This document shows, one piece after another, positions 1 to 8,907 of a DNA stretch of 64,000 nucleotides. The DNA lies in IMG/VR virus record IMGVR_UViG_3300046692_000582, one strand, 5' to 3'. Every line of letters starts with the position of its first letter. The stretch's first letter is position 1. This DNA comes from an uncultured virus (IMG/VR IMGVR_UViG_3300046692_000582) (Duplodnaviria; Heunggongvirae; Uroviricota; Caudoviricetes). Below the pieces are notes generated by a model that was not told the origin of the DNA, did not search any database, and worked only from the letters and a program-made list of their open reading frames with translations. Position numbers and translations under genes: made by a program.

Positions 1-468
1 ATGAGTGAGACTATGGAACGTAACGACAACCCTAATATGAATGTGATCGTTGATCCTTCTGACTGGATGACTTTGCTTCACCGGGCAGGTGCAGAGTTGG
101 GACTTGAAGGCGCATTTCTTTCACCAGAAAAGAGTTGCGCCATGGCCATTGCATTGGGTGAGAAAATTCGCATTGAAACGCATGAATATGAATACCATTA
201 TCTGACAGTGGATCAGCGCATTCTTATTAAGCTCAATCGATCTGTAGGATTTTATGATGGTCACGGTCTGAATTGGGATTTCGTGAACATCGACTGTTCT
301 GACACGATTATTGTCTCGCCCACCGAAATTCGGGTAAATGCCATTTTGCTGGGCATGACGCATGAATTGTTGGATGAAACTATTGTCCAGGCCACAATGG
401 TTGTAAGCAAAGCCTATGAAATGGCTTTGGAGAATGTGCTTCAGTGGGGATACTTTTGTCCTGATTGA
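1..468 (+). CDS. hypothetical protein (may extend upstream of the window)
   Basis: 155 aa ORF from base 1; no recognised motif. Confidence 0.6.
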   Translation: MSETMERNDNPNMNVIVDPSDWMTLLHRAGAELGLEGAFLSPEKSCAMAIALGEKIRIETHEYEYHYLTVDQRILIKLNRSVGFYDGHGLNWDFVNIDCSDTIIVSPTEIRVNAILLGMTHELLDETIVQATMVVSKAYEMALENVLQWGYFCPD

Positions 469-577
469 GTTTAAAACATTCTTGTTATTGCAAGGCTGAT
501 GACATTTGCATATTATTTATTTATGCAAGAACGCATCCATTTCAAGGAAATGCGTTATAACTATAAAAGGGTATGCA

Positions 578-1483
578 ATGACAGCACTTTTTCCTGCCAC
601 AATTCGATTACTTGATTACGTTAAAAATAATTACTTTCGTGACTTTGATGTGGAACTACTTCGAAAAGAACTTGATGAATCCAAGAAGTGCAACGAAGAT
701 TTTTCCAATTGTCCAAGAGATAAGTCTATTTATGAGGCGGTTGAGGGTTATGTTGCTTGGTATGGAGACAAAAAATATGTAACTCCAACTGAGGAATTGG
801 CGGTCACATCTGGTCACGTCAGCTCCATGATGCGACTGCTTAGAAATAATCACTTCCTAAATACCATTAAATCAGAGCATCGGCATGTTTGGCAAAAATT
901 TATCCGAAAAGTTGCTGAGGGCAGTAACGGAGATTTGAAATCTTGGCTATTTAATTGCATAGAGGATAGTTATTATGTAGGAAATCCATTTGAAATAGAC
1001 GCTGACGTCTTCCAAAGCTTGTTCAGGGAAAAAAGCGATTTTGATAACGACTCACCTGAGGCACTCATTCGCGGCATTAATTTTCCAATCTTTCAGTTTT
1101 CACGAATGCAATGGAATCAATTAAAAGAGTTTATCGCAAATTCCGTAGTTGATTATGCAACTCAAAACAAGCAGTTACCACGCATAGATTCTTTAGTGAT
1201 TGACCGCTATCTTTTTTCATTTGAGAAATATGAAGGGAGTAACTCTTCTTTTAGAATTTTCCTGTCTAGTCACAAATTATGCGACTATCAACCAAAAAAA
1301 GACGGTGATTTCAAAAAGATGCTTAAAGATATTTTGTCAATAAATCGTGCACTTGATGATCAGTTAAATGCTCACATACCATTTTATTTGGATTTATTTT
1401 ACGATGCAGATACAGATCGCTTCAGCAGTGAGGATGATATTGACTCATTCTGGCATATAGACGATGAAATGAAAGCCAGATGA
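578..1483 (+). CDS. hypothetical protein, AT-rich
   Basis: long ORF; ATG 578 after AAGGG; terminator follows. Confidence 0.75.
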   Translation: MTALFPATIRLLDYVKNNYFRDFDVELLRKELDESKKCNEDFSNCPRDKSIYEAVEGYVAWYGDKKYVTPTEELAVTSGHVSSMMRLLRNNHFLNTIKSEHRHVWQKFIRKVAEGSNGDLKSWLFNCIEDSYYVGNPFEIDADVFQSLFREKSDFDNDSPEALIRGINFPIFQFSRMQWNQLKEFIANSVVDYATQNKQLPRIDSLVIDRYLFSFEKYEGSNSSFRIFLSSHKLCDYQPKKDGDFKKMLKDILSINRALDDQLNAHIPFYLDLFYDADTDRFSSEDDIDSFWHIDDEMKAR

Positions 1484-1505
1484 CTGAACTGTGTTATTAA
1501 TATGT

Positions 1506-1536
1506 AAAAAGGAGCCTATAGTGGCTCCTTTTTTTA
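1506..1536 (+). terminator. intrinsic terminator, probably bidirectional
   Basis: AAAAAGGAGCC-tatagt-GGCTCCTTTTTTT between convergent genes. Confidence 0.8.
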
Positions 1537-1582
1537 TTGCGCACTTCTCTTCAAATAATTGACTTGAGTCTGTGCGACAGTT

Positions 1583-1807
1583 TTAACCTTTTTCCTGACC
1601 TTTACGTTCTTCGTTGACCTCGAATGCTGTTTTGCAGCTCGAAGAGCAGAAGGCATGAATGCCTTCAAAGGTCCAGCCTGCTTGTGCGGCTTCCTTCTTC
1701 ATCCCTTTTACATCAATCTTGCTGGCAGCCCACGTGCCAGGGTGGGAATCTGCACAAACGGCGCATACCAATTCAACCCAGAATAGTGTTCTCGTCGGCT
1801 CTTTCAT
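1583..1807 (-). CDS. small zinc-binding hypothetical protein
   Basis: CAVC and FCSSSC motifs; start overlaps the upstream gene's stop. Confidence 0.65.
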   Translation of the reverse strand: MKEPTRTLFWVELVCAVCADSHPGTWAASKIDVKGMKKEAAQAGWTFEGIHAFCSSSCKTAFEVNEERKGQEKG

Positions 1808-2163
1808 AGCGATCCCTCTACTTGAATGCTGGGTCCATTGGTGGAGTAGCTTACAACAACTGCTGGTTTGCGCTCTAGGAGCCTCCAAAATTTTGGCTCT
1901 CCCTCAACCAGCCCCTCTGAAGTAAGCCAGTATTCTGTGCCAATGGTGTTTTCTTTCCAGGTTGGCTCTGTCCATTTGTCAACCAGAGCGTATGTTACTG
2001 GCCGTGACAGCCAGTTCTCGGAAACGAATCCGCAACAGCCGTGGTTTTTACTGCTGACATTGATGTAGGTGCCAACATCTTCAATGAGTATTGGCACATA
2101 AGCGATTGAAAACAGCAGCATAATAACGCCAATTGCATTGATGTTTTTGATAGAGGCTTTCAT
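1804..2163 (-). CDS. hypothetical membrane protein
   Basis: N-terminal hydrophobic helix; AGGA SD. Confidence 0.6.
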   Translation of the reverse strand: MKASIKNINAIGVIMLLFSIAYVPILIEDVGTYINVSSKNHGCCGFVSENWLSRPVTYALVDKWTEPTWKENTIGTEYWLTSEGLVEGEPKFWRLLERKPAVVVSYSTNGPSIQVEGSL

Positions 2164-2210
2164 CGTAAGTCCTATTTCGAATCAGTATTTTAACAGCCGT
2201 GTAAAACTGA

Positions 2211-2522
2211 TTACCACTCCTTACGGGTGACAATCAGGGGAATTCTAAGCCCATGGCTAGCGTCTTCTCTCGGTGTAGGGTCGTATGGAAAGCACATATT
2301 GAGCATGTCCAGTGTTGGCTGAAGCATACTGATCGTGCCGTCCTGAAACCAAGCCCAATGAGTCGCCAGCGCTTCATCGTGAGTGACGTTGGCAACTACC
2401 TTTACGGCTGGCTCGCTGGTGAACATCTCTATCTGTATCAGATGGTGGTGCACACAACGATCATGTTTTTCAGTCGAAAACATGTTCCAGAACATTGTTT
2501 CTGGAGGCAGCGGCATCCTCAT
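2211..2522 (-). CDS. hypothetical protein
   Basis: 103 aa; ATGA coupling to the upstream gene. Confidence 0.65.
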   Translation of the reverse strand: MRMPLPPETMFWNMFSTEKHDRCVHHHLIQIEMFTSEPAVKVVANVTHDEALATHWAWFQDGTISMLQPTLDMLNMCFPYDPTPREDASHGLRIPLIVTRKEW

Positions 2523-2797
2523 TGATCACCCTCTCCGACAATGTTGGTATGGCCGTACTCTACCACATTGTCCCGAGCATATTTACGACAGAAGTTGATG
2601 GCCTTGGCCACGCTTTTTCCCTTCCATACAATCCATCCCTTGTAGGATTTATTGATGCTGTCAATGATCGATTGGCGCTGCTCCGCCGTTTCAGGAAACC
2701 AGCCAGGATGAGAGGACATGTCTGAAAAATTCACATCGGCCACCTTAATTTTGTCGCCTTCTTTGTAAATCAACAAAATGTTATCTGCGCTCATCAT
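2519..2797 (-). CDS. hypothetical protein
   Basis: GGAG SD then MMSADNILL; minus-strand promoter just upstream. Confidence 0.65.
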   Translation of the reverse strand: MMSADNILLIYKEGDKIKVADVNFSDMSSHPGWFPETAEQRQSIIDSINKSYKGWIVWKGKSVAKAINFCRKYARDNVVEYGHTNIVGEGDQ

Positions 2798-2821
2798 TTT
2801 CTCCAATTTCGAAGTGTGCTT

Positions 2822-2884
2822 ATTATGACCACAAAACCAATTGATGTCAACCACCTTGACATTTGTACAAATTATCGATACCAT
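2822..2884. promoter_or_regulatory. divergent sigma70 promoter pair with TTTGTACAAA palindrome
   Basis: minus TTGACA(2845-2850)-17-CATAAT; plus TTGACA(2856-2861)-17-TACCAT; ATTTGTACAAAT 2861-2872 in the spacer. Confidence 0.8.
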
Positions 2885-2911
2885 AGGCTCATCAAAAACA
2901 GGATCTCGATC

Positions 2912-3193
2912 ATGCACACAGCACAGCAAGCTCTTCTCGATGCTCAAGCCGTTCAGGCAAGGCGCCCGGCTGACCATGGGCAAGGCTGGCCATTTTATCG
3001 TCGTAAGGCTGAGCGTACCGAGCACTACCTGAAATACGAGTTTGGCTGGAAACTTAAAACCTGCACCGCTTGCAGTGGATCTGGCTACTACGACAATGAT
3101 GGGAGCCCAGATTGCGGTTCTTGTGACGGTACTGGCAAAGAGCGTTATGCTGGTGAAAAATCGCTGGAAGCCACGCGGACTAAGGCAGCCTAA
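2912..3193 (+). CDS. DnaJ-type zinc-finger small protein
   Basis: CTACSGSG and CGSCDGTG repeats. Confidence 0.7.
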   Translation: MHTAQQALLDAQAVQARRPADHGQGWPFYRRKAERTEHYLKYEFGWKLKTCTACSGSGYYDNDGSPDCGSCDGTGKERYAGEKSLEATRTKAA

Positions 3194-3219
3194 CTGGCTT
3201 CTACATAAGGGATTCAATC

Positions 3220-3729
3220 ATGCACAACTTTAAAAATGGTCACCTGATCGTCGACGGCACAGCAATTAATGACCTGGACTTTTCTTCATTTCATGTGCTC
3301 ACCGATCTGTCGCAATGGTCCGATAAGTTTTGGATTGCGTTCAGGGCAGCAGTAGCTGAAGGTCACGATGTTTCCTTCAGTGAAATTGACATCAAAAATG
3401 TTAGACGCATTGAGGTTCTTGGTGCTGAATTTGAACTGTTGTTCAATCAGGCATATGAACGTATTTCGCTTGACGAAAGCATGAAAAAGCCAGTGGTCGT
3501 AGATAACAAATCGTACTCTATCATTATGATGTTTGACGTTTATCACACCGGCTGGGATTGTGATAATAAGGGCTATATCGTGGCAACGGATGCAGGGCCA
3601 AAGCTGGTGCTCACCGATCATGGCACTGAGTATTTCGCCTCGGCTAATGAGCTAAAATCGCACATTGCGAATTACCAGGATGCCATCAAAGACATGCAGG
3701 CAGCCATCGGGCTGATTGAGCCTCAATAA
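3220..3729 (+). CDS. hypothetical protein, paralog family A
   Basis: FDVYHTGWDCDNKGYIV..GPKLVLTDHG domain. Confidence 0.75.
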   Translation: MHNFKNGHLIVDGTAINDLDFSSFHVLTDLSQWSDKFWIAFRAAVAEGHDVSFSEIDIKNVRRIEVLGAEFELLFNQAYERISLDESMKKPVVVDNKSYSIIMMFDVYHTGWDCDNKGYIVATDAGPKLVLTDHGTEYFASANELKSHIANYQDAIKDMQAAIGLIEPQ

Positions 3730-3741
3730 AGGAGAGTTGTC

Positions 3742-4203
3742 ATGAAAAATTTGCTTAATGGCGTAGTTGTTTCCCTTCGGGCGTTCTGTTCCAAAGTTAT
3801 ATCTCTCAAAGAGAATGCACCTAATGGCAACTGGATTGACCTGAAAAAATTGAACGAGGATCCCGTTTTTTGCGCGGGCCTTAAAAAGCTATTGATCGAA
3901 CATATTAATCGATTGGCACTCGATACGAGCGTAGAGCAAGGTAATGACAAGAGCGTCATTGAAACAACCTACGTTTGGGAGGAGTGCTTCAAAGTCCATC
4001 GATCTTTTCCAATTTACAGTGAGGGATACGAGTTGAAGAACAAGGGATATGTTGTTTCAACGAAAGAGGGCCCGAAATTTGCCTTGCCTGGACATCTAAA
4101 TTGCTCTTTTGCAAAGATTGAGCAAGTAGAGGCGCTCATTCTTAAGGGCGATAAAGATAACGAAGAAATGAAAGCTGCCCTGGCATGGGTTAAGTCCCGG
4201 TGA
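3742..4203 (+). CDS. hypothetical protein, paralog family A (diverged)
   Basis: AAGGAG SD; FPIYSEGYELKNKGYVV..GPK. Confidence 0.7.
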   Translation: MKNLLNGVVVSLRAFCSKVISLKENAPNGNWIDLKKLNEDPVFCAGLKKLLIEHINRLALDTSVEQGNDKSVIETTYVWEECFKVHRSFPIYSEGYELKNKGYVVSTKEGPKFALPGHLNCSFAKIEQVEALILKGDKDNEEMKAALAWVKSR

Positions 4204-4460
4204 ATCGTTTTCGAACCCCTCTGTTGCGAACGGTATACGACTCGATGATGGCGCGCTATCAAGACCGCCATCGCGAGCTGTTTCTTCCGGATGGGGCAAC
4301 TCACAGAGGCAGTGGCCTTGCGCTGCATTTCTGGAATGGATTCGATGGCGTCAGCATGGGCGGTGGCTTTAAATCGCGATCTGAGCGGCAATCCCCTGCG
4401 TACGCAAGTTGGCGTGCAGGCCAGGATTGCAAGGCTCGTCAAATGTCACAGGAGGCGTAA
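4200..4460 (+). CDS. hypothetical protein
   Basis: GTGA coupling; 86 aa. Confidence 0.6.
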   Translation: MNRFRTPLLRTVYDSMMARYQDRHRELFLPDGATHRGSGLALHFWNGFDGVSMGGGFKSRSERQSPAYASWRAGQDCKARQMSQEA

Positions 4461-5227
4461 TGATGGAAATGACCAATGGAAATTTGATTGTGCAGGGTCA
4501 GCGACTCAGCGAGATCGATCTGGATGCCTACACCGACAGTGACCAGATTTTTTACTTGATTGGCGACATCTGGGCGGCAGTGGAAAAAGCTGAGGGTGCT
4601 GGTGAAATGCCAAAGCAGTCTGGCGATGAGTTGGCCGTGGTCTTTGGTCAGTCGTTTGCCGACAAAATCAGCGCCGTGCGTGAGCGACTGATTGAGGAGC
4701 GCGAATCACAAAAGCTGATTTGCGTGAAAGATATCGAGTACGCCCAAGCGCACCGCTTTCCAATTTACCGCGCAGGTTGGGAAATGGATGGCACCGGCTG
4801 GGTGGTCAAAACTGAATCTGGTTTGAAGCTGGTGATGAGCAATCACGGTCAGAATGCGTTTGTTGATGGCACGGCTCGCCTCAAGGAATTGATCGGCGGC
4901 TATGAGGACGTTATCAAAGGCATGGAGCTTGCCTTGCAGTATTTGGACACTCAAGAGCCACCAAAGCGTTTTGCCAAGGCTGCAATTGACGTCGATGGCA
5001 CGCAACGCAAGGTGATTCATGCTTTTGATGTGCTTTGGTCAGGCTGGGCCTCAGATACCAGGGGGTGGGTGGTTAAAATCGGGCAGATGCTGCGCTTGGT
5101 CATGAGCAGTCATGGCATGCGGGCTTTCTCATCGCCTGAGCAGCTGCACGGGCTCATTCAATCGTATCGCCGGGCCATTGAAGCCACTGACAAGGCAATT
5201 GCACTGTTGGACGTTACAGCGGCCTAG
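4460..5227 (+). CDS. hypothetical protein, paralog family A, two domain copies
   Basis: GGAGG SD; GWEMDGTGWVV..LVMSNHG and GWASDTRGWVV..LVMSSHG. Confidence 0.75.
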   Translation: MMEMTNGNLIVQGQRLSEIDLDAYTDSDQIFYLIGDIWAAVEKAEGAGEMPKQSGDELAVVFGQSFADKISAVRERLIEERESQKLICVKDIEYAQAHRFPIYRAGWEMDGTGWVVKTESGLKLVMSNHGQNAFVDGTARLKELIGGYEDVIKGMELALQYLDTQEPPKRFAKAAIDVDGTQRKVIHAFDVLWSGWASDTRGWVVKIGQMLRLVMSSHGMRAFSSPEQLHGLIQSYRRAIEATDKAIALLDVTAA

Positions 5228-5287
5228 GCTGCTGATAGCGCTTGGCCTATCATAAAGCCTGATCGACTATTCGGTGATGCGTGACAA

Positions 5288-5689
5288 ATGCCAAAGAAAA
5301 CCATAGCCCCATCGAATCAAAAGACTGATGAGGATTTTATTGATCTCATGCAGCATGCTTTTCGTTTGAAGAGGCCCTGTGCGGATTGTCCGTTTTTGAA
5401 AGTCGGTGCCATTTCCTTGATGCCAGGGCGACTGGATGGCATCAAGCAAGATCTTCTGGAAAACGATAAACAAGGGTTCCCTTGCCATAAGACAACTCAT
5501 TCGCCACGCGGTGGAGAATTTGATGACGAGGGGGAGTACAAAGCTTCCGGTCACGAATCCATGTGCGCCGGAGCGGCTGCATTTTTGATCAAGCAAGGTA
5601 GGCCGACTGTGGCCATGAGGATGGCCGCTGCGTTTGGCGCAATTGAAATGACTGATTGGGACCAATCGCTCAATCTAATTGCTGACTGA
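5288..5689 (+). CDS. Cys-rich phage/plasmid hypothetical protein
   Basis: PCADCPF, FPCHKT and CAGAA motifs. Confidence 0.7.
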   Translation: MPKKTIAPSNQKTDEDFIDLMQHAFRLKRPCADCPFLKVGAISLMPGRLDGIKQDLLENDKQGFPCHKTTHSPRGGEFDDEGEYKASGHESMCAGAAAFLIKQGRPTVAMRMAAAFGAIEMTDWDQSLNLIAD

Positions 5690-5698
5690 TCAGTTTCA

Positions 5699-5727
5699 TT
5701 GACATGACTGAATTGCAACACTAATAT
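5699..5727 (+). promoter_or_regulatory. sigma70 promoter of leader RNA copy A
   Basis: TTGACA 5699-5704, 17 bp, TAATAT 5722-5727. Confidence 0.7.
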
Positions 5728-5733
5728 TAATCC

Positions 5734-5907
5734 ATTGAATGGATTAATGCAGTCATGCATTAAGACAGCTTTGGCTAGGCGTAGTCACCCTGCTCCCTCT
5801 TTGAGGATGGTTAAAACGCGATTAAACACTCTCCCACATGAATGTCTTCCTGGCCCATGTTGGCGGTAATGAGCAGATCCGGCAAAACATGTGCAATGGA
5901 GCATTAC
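5734..5907 (+). ncRNA. candidate structured 5' leader RNA, copy A
   Basis: collinear homology and covarying stems with 22866-23048(-); shared GGCG tetraloop, GGTTAAAACG and GGCGGTAATGAG. Confidence 0.7.
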
Positions 5908-6792
5908 ATGAACCTAATTGACCGGCTTAATTCCCAAGAAGAGCTTTTTGCTTTTCGTGATCATCTCGCTAACGTCCTTTCTGAAAAGTTGAGTATTCCG
6001 CTTAAGGCGCGCAAGCTTGATGAGTTTGTTTCGGCTGTTGTAGGGGCGGTGAACTTTAACACCGCGTTGGGGATCGTTAATAAGCCCGTGACATCGACGA
6101 TGGATGTCGTAAGGAAATCTGCAATTTCCACAGACAGTAGGGAAAATCTTTTCTCTTCGTTCAATGTTCCTGATGACGTTAGCATTCTTGATGCCTTCTG
6201 GCCAACCAGGAACGACTTGGATGGAGTAACTACTTCAGTCGATGTGATTCATCGCCCAATCATTCAAGCTTTCTTGGTGACCAATGATAATTGCTTGCGC
6301 CAGGAGTTTGATGCAGAGCCGTTCTTTCGAGCGCAGCTCTTGACTGGTGATGAAGAACTTGCTGATACCATTGCTACGTTTATGGCGGCTCGATTCAGGG
6401 TTACTCATGAAGACCTGAATGTGCTTGATTGCCTTGGCCTTCAGAGGTTTGGAATCAATACTATTACAGAGTACGTAAAGTTGAAGGAGTATGTTTCGCC
6501 TACTGCTGAAGAAGCTCCGACCTTCAGTTGGCGCGGTTACTCTGATCGAAATTACGATTGCATCGTTGAGCATGCCTTTCTCATCCAATGGCTGGAAAGA
6601 TGGGGCTATGGAATAATGGCTGATTGGGTTAAATCCGACATGCTGGGGTTTGACTCAATCACCGCTTATCATGAAGACAGTGGTCAAGATCCTGATCTTT
6701 ATTCAAACGCGACTCGGGAAAAGATCATTAAAATGGACTGGCTCCTCAACCGCAAAAAACTCCAACGTCGAGCTAGGTCGATGAGCCGCTGA
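5908..6792 (+). CDS. leader-RNA-associated protein A; N-terminus resembles the PF20066 (Glyoxalase_8)-like helical domain
   Basis: GGAG SD 6 nt before ATG 5908; LKARKLDEFVSAVVGAVNFNTALG; paralog of 22035..22865. Confidence 0.75.
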   Translation: MNLIDRLNSQEELFAFRDHLANVLSEKLSIPLKARKLDEFVSAVVGAVNFNTALGIVNKPVTSTMDVVRKSAISTDSRENLFSSFNVPDDVSILDAFWPTRNDLDGVTTSVDVIHRPIIQAFLVTNDNCLRQEFDAEPFFRAQLLTGDEELADTIATFMAARFRVTHEDLNVLDCLGLQRFGINTITEYVKLKEYVSPTAEEAPTFSWRGYSDRNYDCIVEHAFLIQWLERWGYGIMADWVKSDMLGFDSITAYHEDSGQDPDLYSNATREKIIKMDWLLNRKKLQRRARSMSR

Positions 6793-6897
6793 TCCTAAAG
6801 CACATCGAGCGATCAGCCAGCTGATCGAAGTGGCCAGGGGGCTCCTCTGGTCGCTTCCGGTTCCCTCCTACACCCATCCTCTGAATTGTCATTTACA

Positions 6898-6926
6898 TTG
6901 ACATTTGTACAAAATCTCAATATACT
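6898..6926 (+). promoter_or_regulatory. sigma70 promoter with TTTGTACAAA palindrome
   Basis: TTGACA-TTTGTACAAAATCTCAA-TATACT. Confidence 0.85.
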
Positions 6927-6961
6927 GGCTCCATTCAACGAAATGCATTCAGGAGATGGAC

Positions 6962-7210
6962 ATGAGCAAGACGAACATTACCCTCGCCGAGTACCGTAAG
7001 GCCCTGAAGGCGCTGGGGTATCAAGTGCGCACCAAGCGTAACAGCTCGTTCATCACGGCCACCATCGTGCACAAGGCGTCCGGCGTCAGCTTCCATCCCT
7101 CCGACGTAACCACCGCTGAGTTTCTGGCTGAGCATCGTGCTTTTTACGATTATCGAAATTCTGTCAGCGTGCGTGAAGACGATTCTGATATCGCCATGCG
7201 CGTAATTTAA
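6962..7210 (+). CDS. hypothetical protein
   Basis: AGGAG SD; first gene after the promoter. Confidence 0.7.
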   Translation: MSKTNITLAEYRKALKALGYQVRTKRNSSFITATIVHKASGVSFHPSDVTTAEFLAEHRAFYDYRNSVSVREDDSDIAMRVI

Positions 7211-7220
7211 GGAGAGCATC

Positions 7221-7490
7221 ATGGTTAAGGGCATGACTGAAAGTCAGGCGAAAGGTGTCTATGGCGTACTGGTGAGCATTGCTGGCGCCAACATCGAAGA
7301 CGAAGAGTCTTTTGTGAGCCACTTTAGCCAAAAAGAGACCACCAACGAGTGGCGCTTCCGGGGGCATTTGGGCTTTGGCGGGAAATTCCGCTATCCGAGT
7401 ATCTCGGTGGATTGCTATCCAGAGGATTCAACGCCCGAACGGGAGGTTATCGTCGAAAAAACGAATGCGGCCCTGGCTGAATTTCGATAA
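7221..7490 (+). CDS. hypothetical protein
   Basis: AAGGAG SD; EWRFRGHLGFGGKF motif. Confidence 0.7.
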   Translation: MVKGMTESQAKGVYGVLVSIAGANIEDEESFVSHFSQKETTNEWRFRGHLGFGGKFRYPSISVDCYPEDSTPEREVIVEKTNAALAEFR

Positions 7491-7556
7491 CCACTGCATC
7501 ATCACAAATCACTTCAGCTTGATCGTCGATCAGGCTGATTTTCCAAGGAATCAGGA

Positions 7557-8129
7557 ATGAACATTCTCGATGCTTACAAGCGTGTAATTAAGACCACTGA
7601 AAACATCGGCGATCTGGCCATTGAGCAGCCACTCATGTATCTGTTCGACGTTGATCTGTCGATGTCCTTTGATTGGTTTCAGCAAGAGCGTCGAGAGCGC
7701 TTCGTGGGCTACTGGCTTCGCGTAGAGGCTCAATCGGGGCATTGGATTGGCACGGTGGTGTACTTTCTCGATGACAAGCCGGTTTTGGTGGCTCATCAGG
7801 CGGCGCGCAAGGGTGATGCCAAGGTTTTTTTTATTGACGAAGAAGGCTTTCAGGCAGTGCGTGATTACGTCATCACGTTCCGTCAATTTAACGAAAGGGA
7901 TGCAGTGATGCTCACCAATGATTCCTTTGAGCTAAAGGATTTTGCGGTGTATGGCGACACCGAGCATCATCTGGAAAAGCATGCCGTCTACCAAGAGCAG
8001 CTGGTGCCGGTTGAGCGGCTTCATTATGAAGATCCAAAGAATAGATCTGAAGTGGTGATCACCATCTACGGCGAGAGAAAAAACGTTCACATCAGCGAAG
8101 TAAAATTCCCGCTTCGACTGACTGCATAG
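7557..8129 (+). CDS. hypothetical protein
   Basis: 190 aa ORF with SD. Confidence 0.7.
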   Translation: MNILDAYKRVIKTTENIGDLAIEQPLMYLFDVDLSMSFDWFQQERRERFVGYWLRVEAQSGHWIGTVVYFLDDKPVLVAHQAARKGDAKVFFIDEEGFQAVRDYVITFRQFNERDAVMLTNDSFELKDFAVYGDTEHHLEKHAVYQEQLVPVERLHYEDPKNRSEVVITIYGERKNVHISEVKFPLRLTA

Positions 8130-8262
8130 AACCCATTGCCAATCCCCAGGCGAATAAACGTCGAGCCGGGCAAGGCCAGTGAGCCATAGACACGCTGGCC
8201 TGCCCAATTGCTTAATTTTTACTTTCATATATAATATTCCAATAACAACTGGGATATAACTC

Positions 8263-8907
8263 ATGCATTTCCTTAAAAAAACCATTCTTACCGCCTCATT
8301 ATCTCTCATTGCCGCTTCCAGCGCATGGGCAGGAAGTGCTGCCGCCACGGCAATCGCGACTTCGGCAGCGTCTCAGTCTATCGTGGCAGCGCCTCCCCTT
8401 CACGATCAGGTTGTAAAGCCCGATGCAGTCGGTGAATCGAGTATTGGTAATGGCGTCTATGTTTCTTATCAAATCAAATTGTTTTCAGGCAAAAAACTGG
8501 ATGCTTCACCGAAAGTGTTCACGCGCCTGAAGCAACCTACTCCGTTTTCTTCGTTTGTTTCATACAAATCAACCAAGTGTGTGTTCAAAGATGAAATTTC
8601 GGAAACGTCACTTGAAACCGGCGCTTCAAAAGGCCTGAGCATGTCGATCATTCCATCTGCAATTACAGATGATGGCTTGATGACCGCCTTTGTCGCATCC
8701 TTCAGCACTGCCGATGTCGAAGAGCCCACAACCATCGATGAAAACTGCCAAGTGCGTGTGGGCGACACCAGCACCCTCACAACGACACGGGTCGCCAATC
8801 TCCCTTGGGACAAGGCAACAACGTTCACGCTGAAGGATGGGCGCACCCTGGAAATTACTCCGCACCTTGAAAAAGTTGTTGAGCCCGTTGTTAAAATCAA
8901 AGCATAA
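8263..8907 (+). CDS. secreted hypothetical protein
   Basis: Sec-type signal peptide ending AWA; TATAAT upstream. Confidence 0.7.
   Translation: MHFLKKTILTASLSLIAASSAWAGSAAATAIATSAASQSIVAAPPLHDQVVKPDAVGESSIGNGVYVSYQIKLFSGKKLDASPKVFTRLKQPTPFSSFVSYKSTKCVFKDEISETSLETGASKGLSMSIIPSAITDDGLMTAFVASFSTADVEEPTTIDENCQVRVGDTSTLTTTRVANLPWDKATTFTLKDGRTLEITPHLEKVVEPVVKIKA

Noticed and set aside
5734..5907. Leader RNA as a twister, hammerhead or pistol ribozyme, or as a ZTP/c-di-GMP riboswitch
   Set aside because: The catalytic or ligand-binding consensus (e.g. CUGANGA/GAAA) was not found by eye; an Rfam scan is still needed.
5842..5907. Longer N-terminus given by the ORF track for 5842..6792 (and 22901 for the paralog)
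   Set aside because: Protein homology and the GGAG SD place the starts at 5908 and 22865; the extensions lie inside the RNA element.
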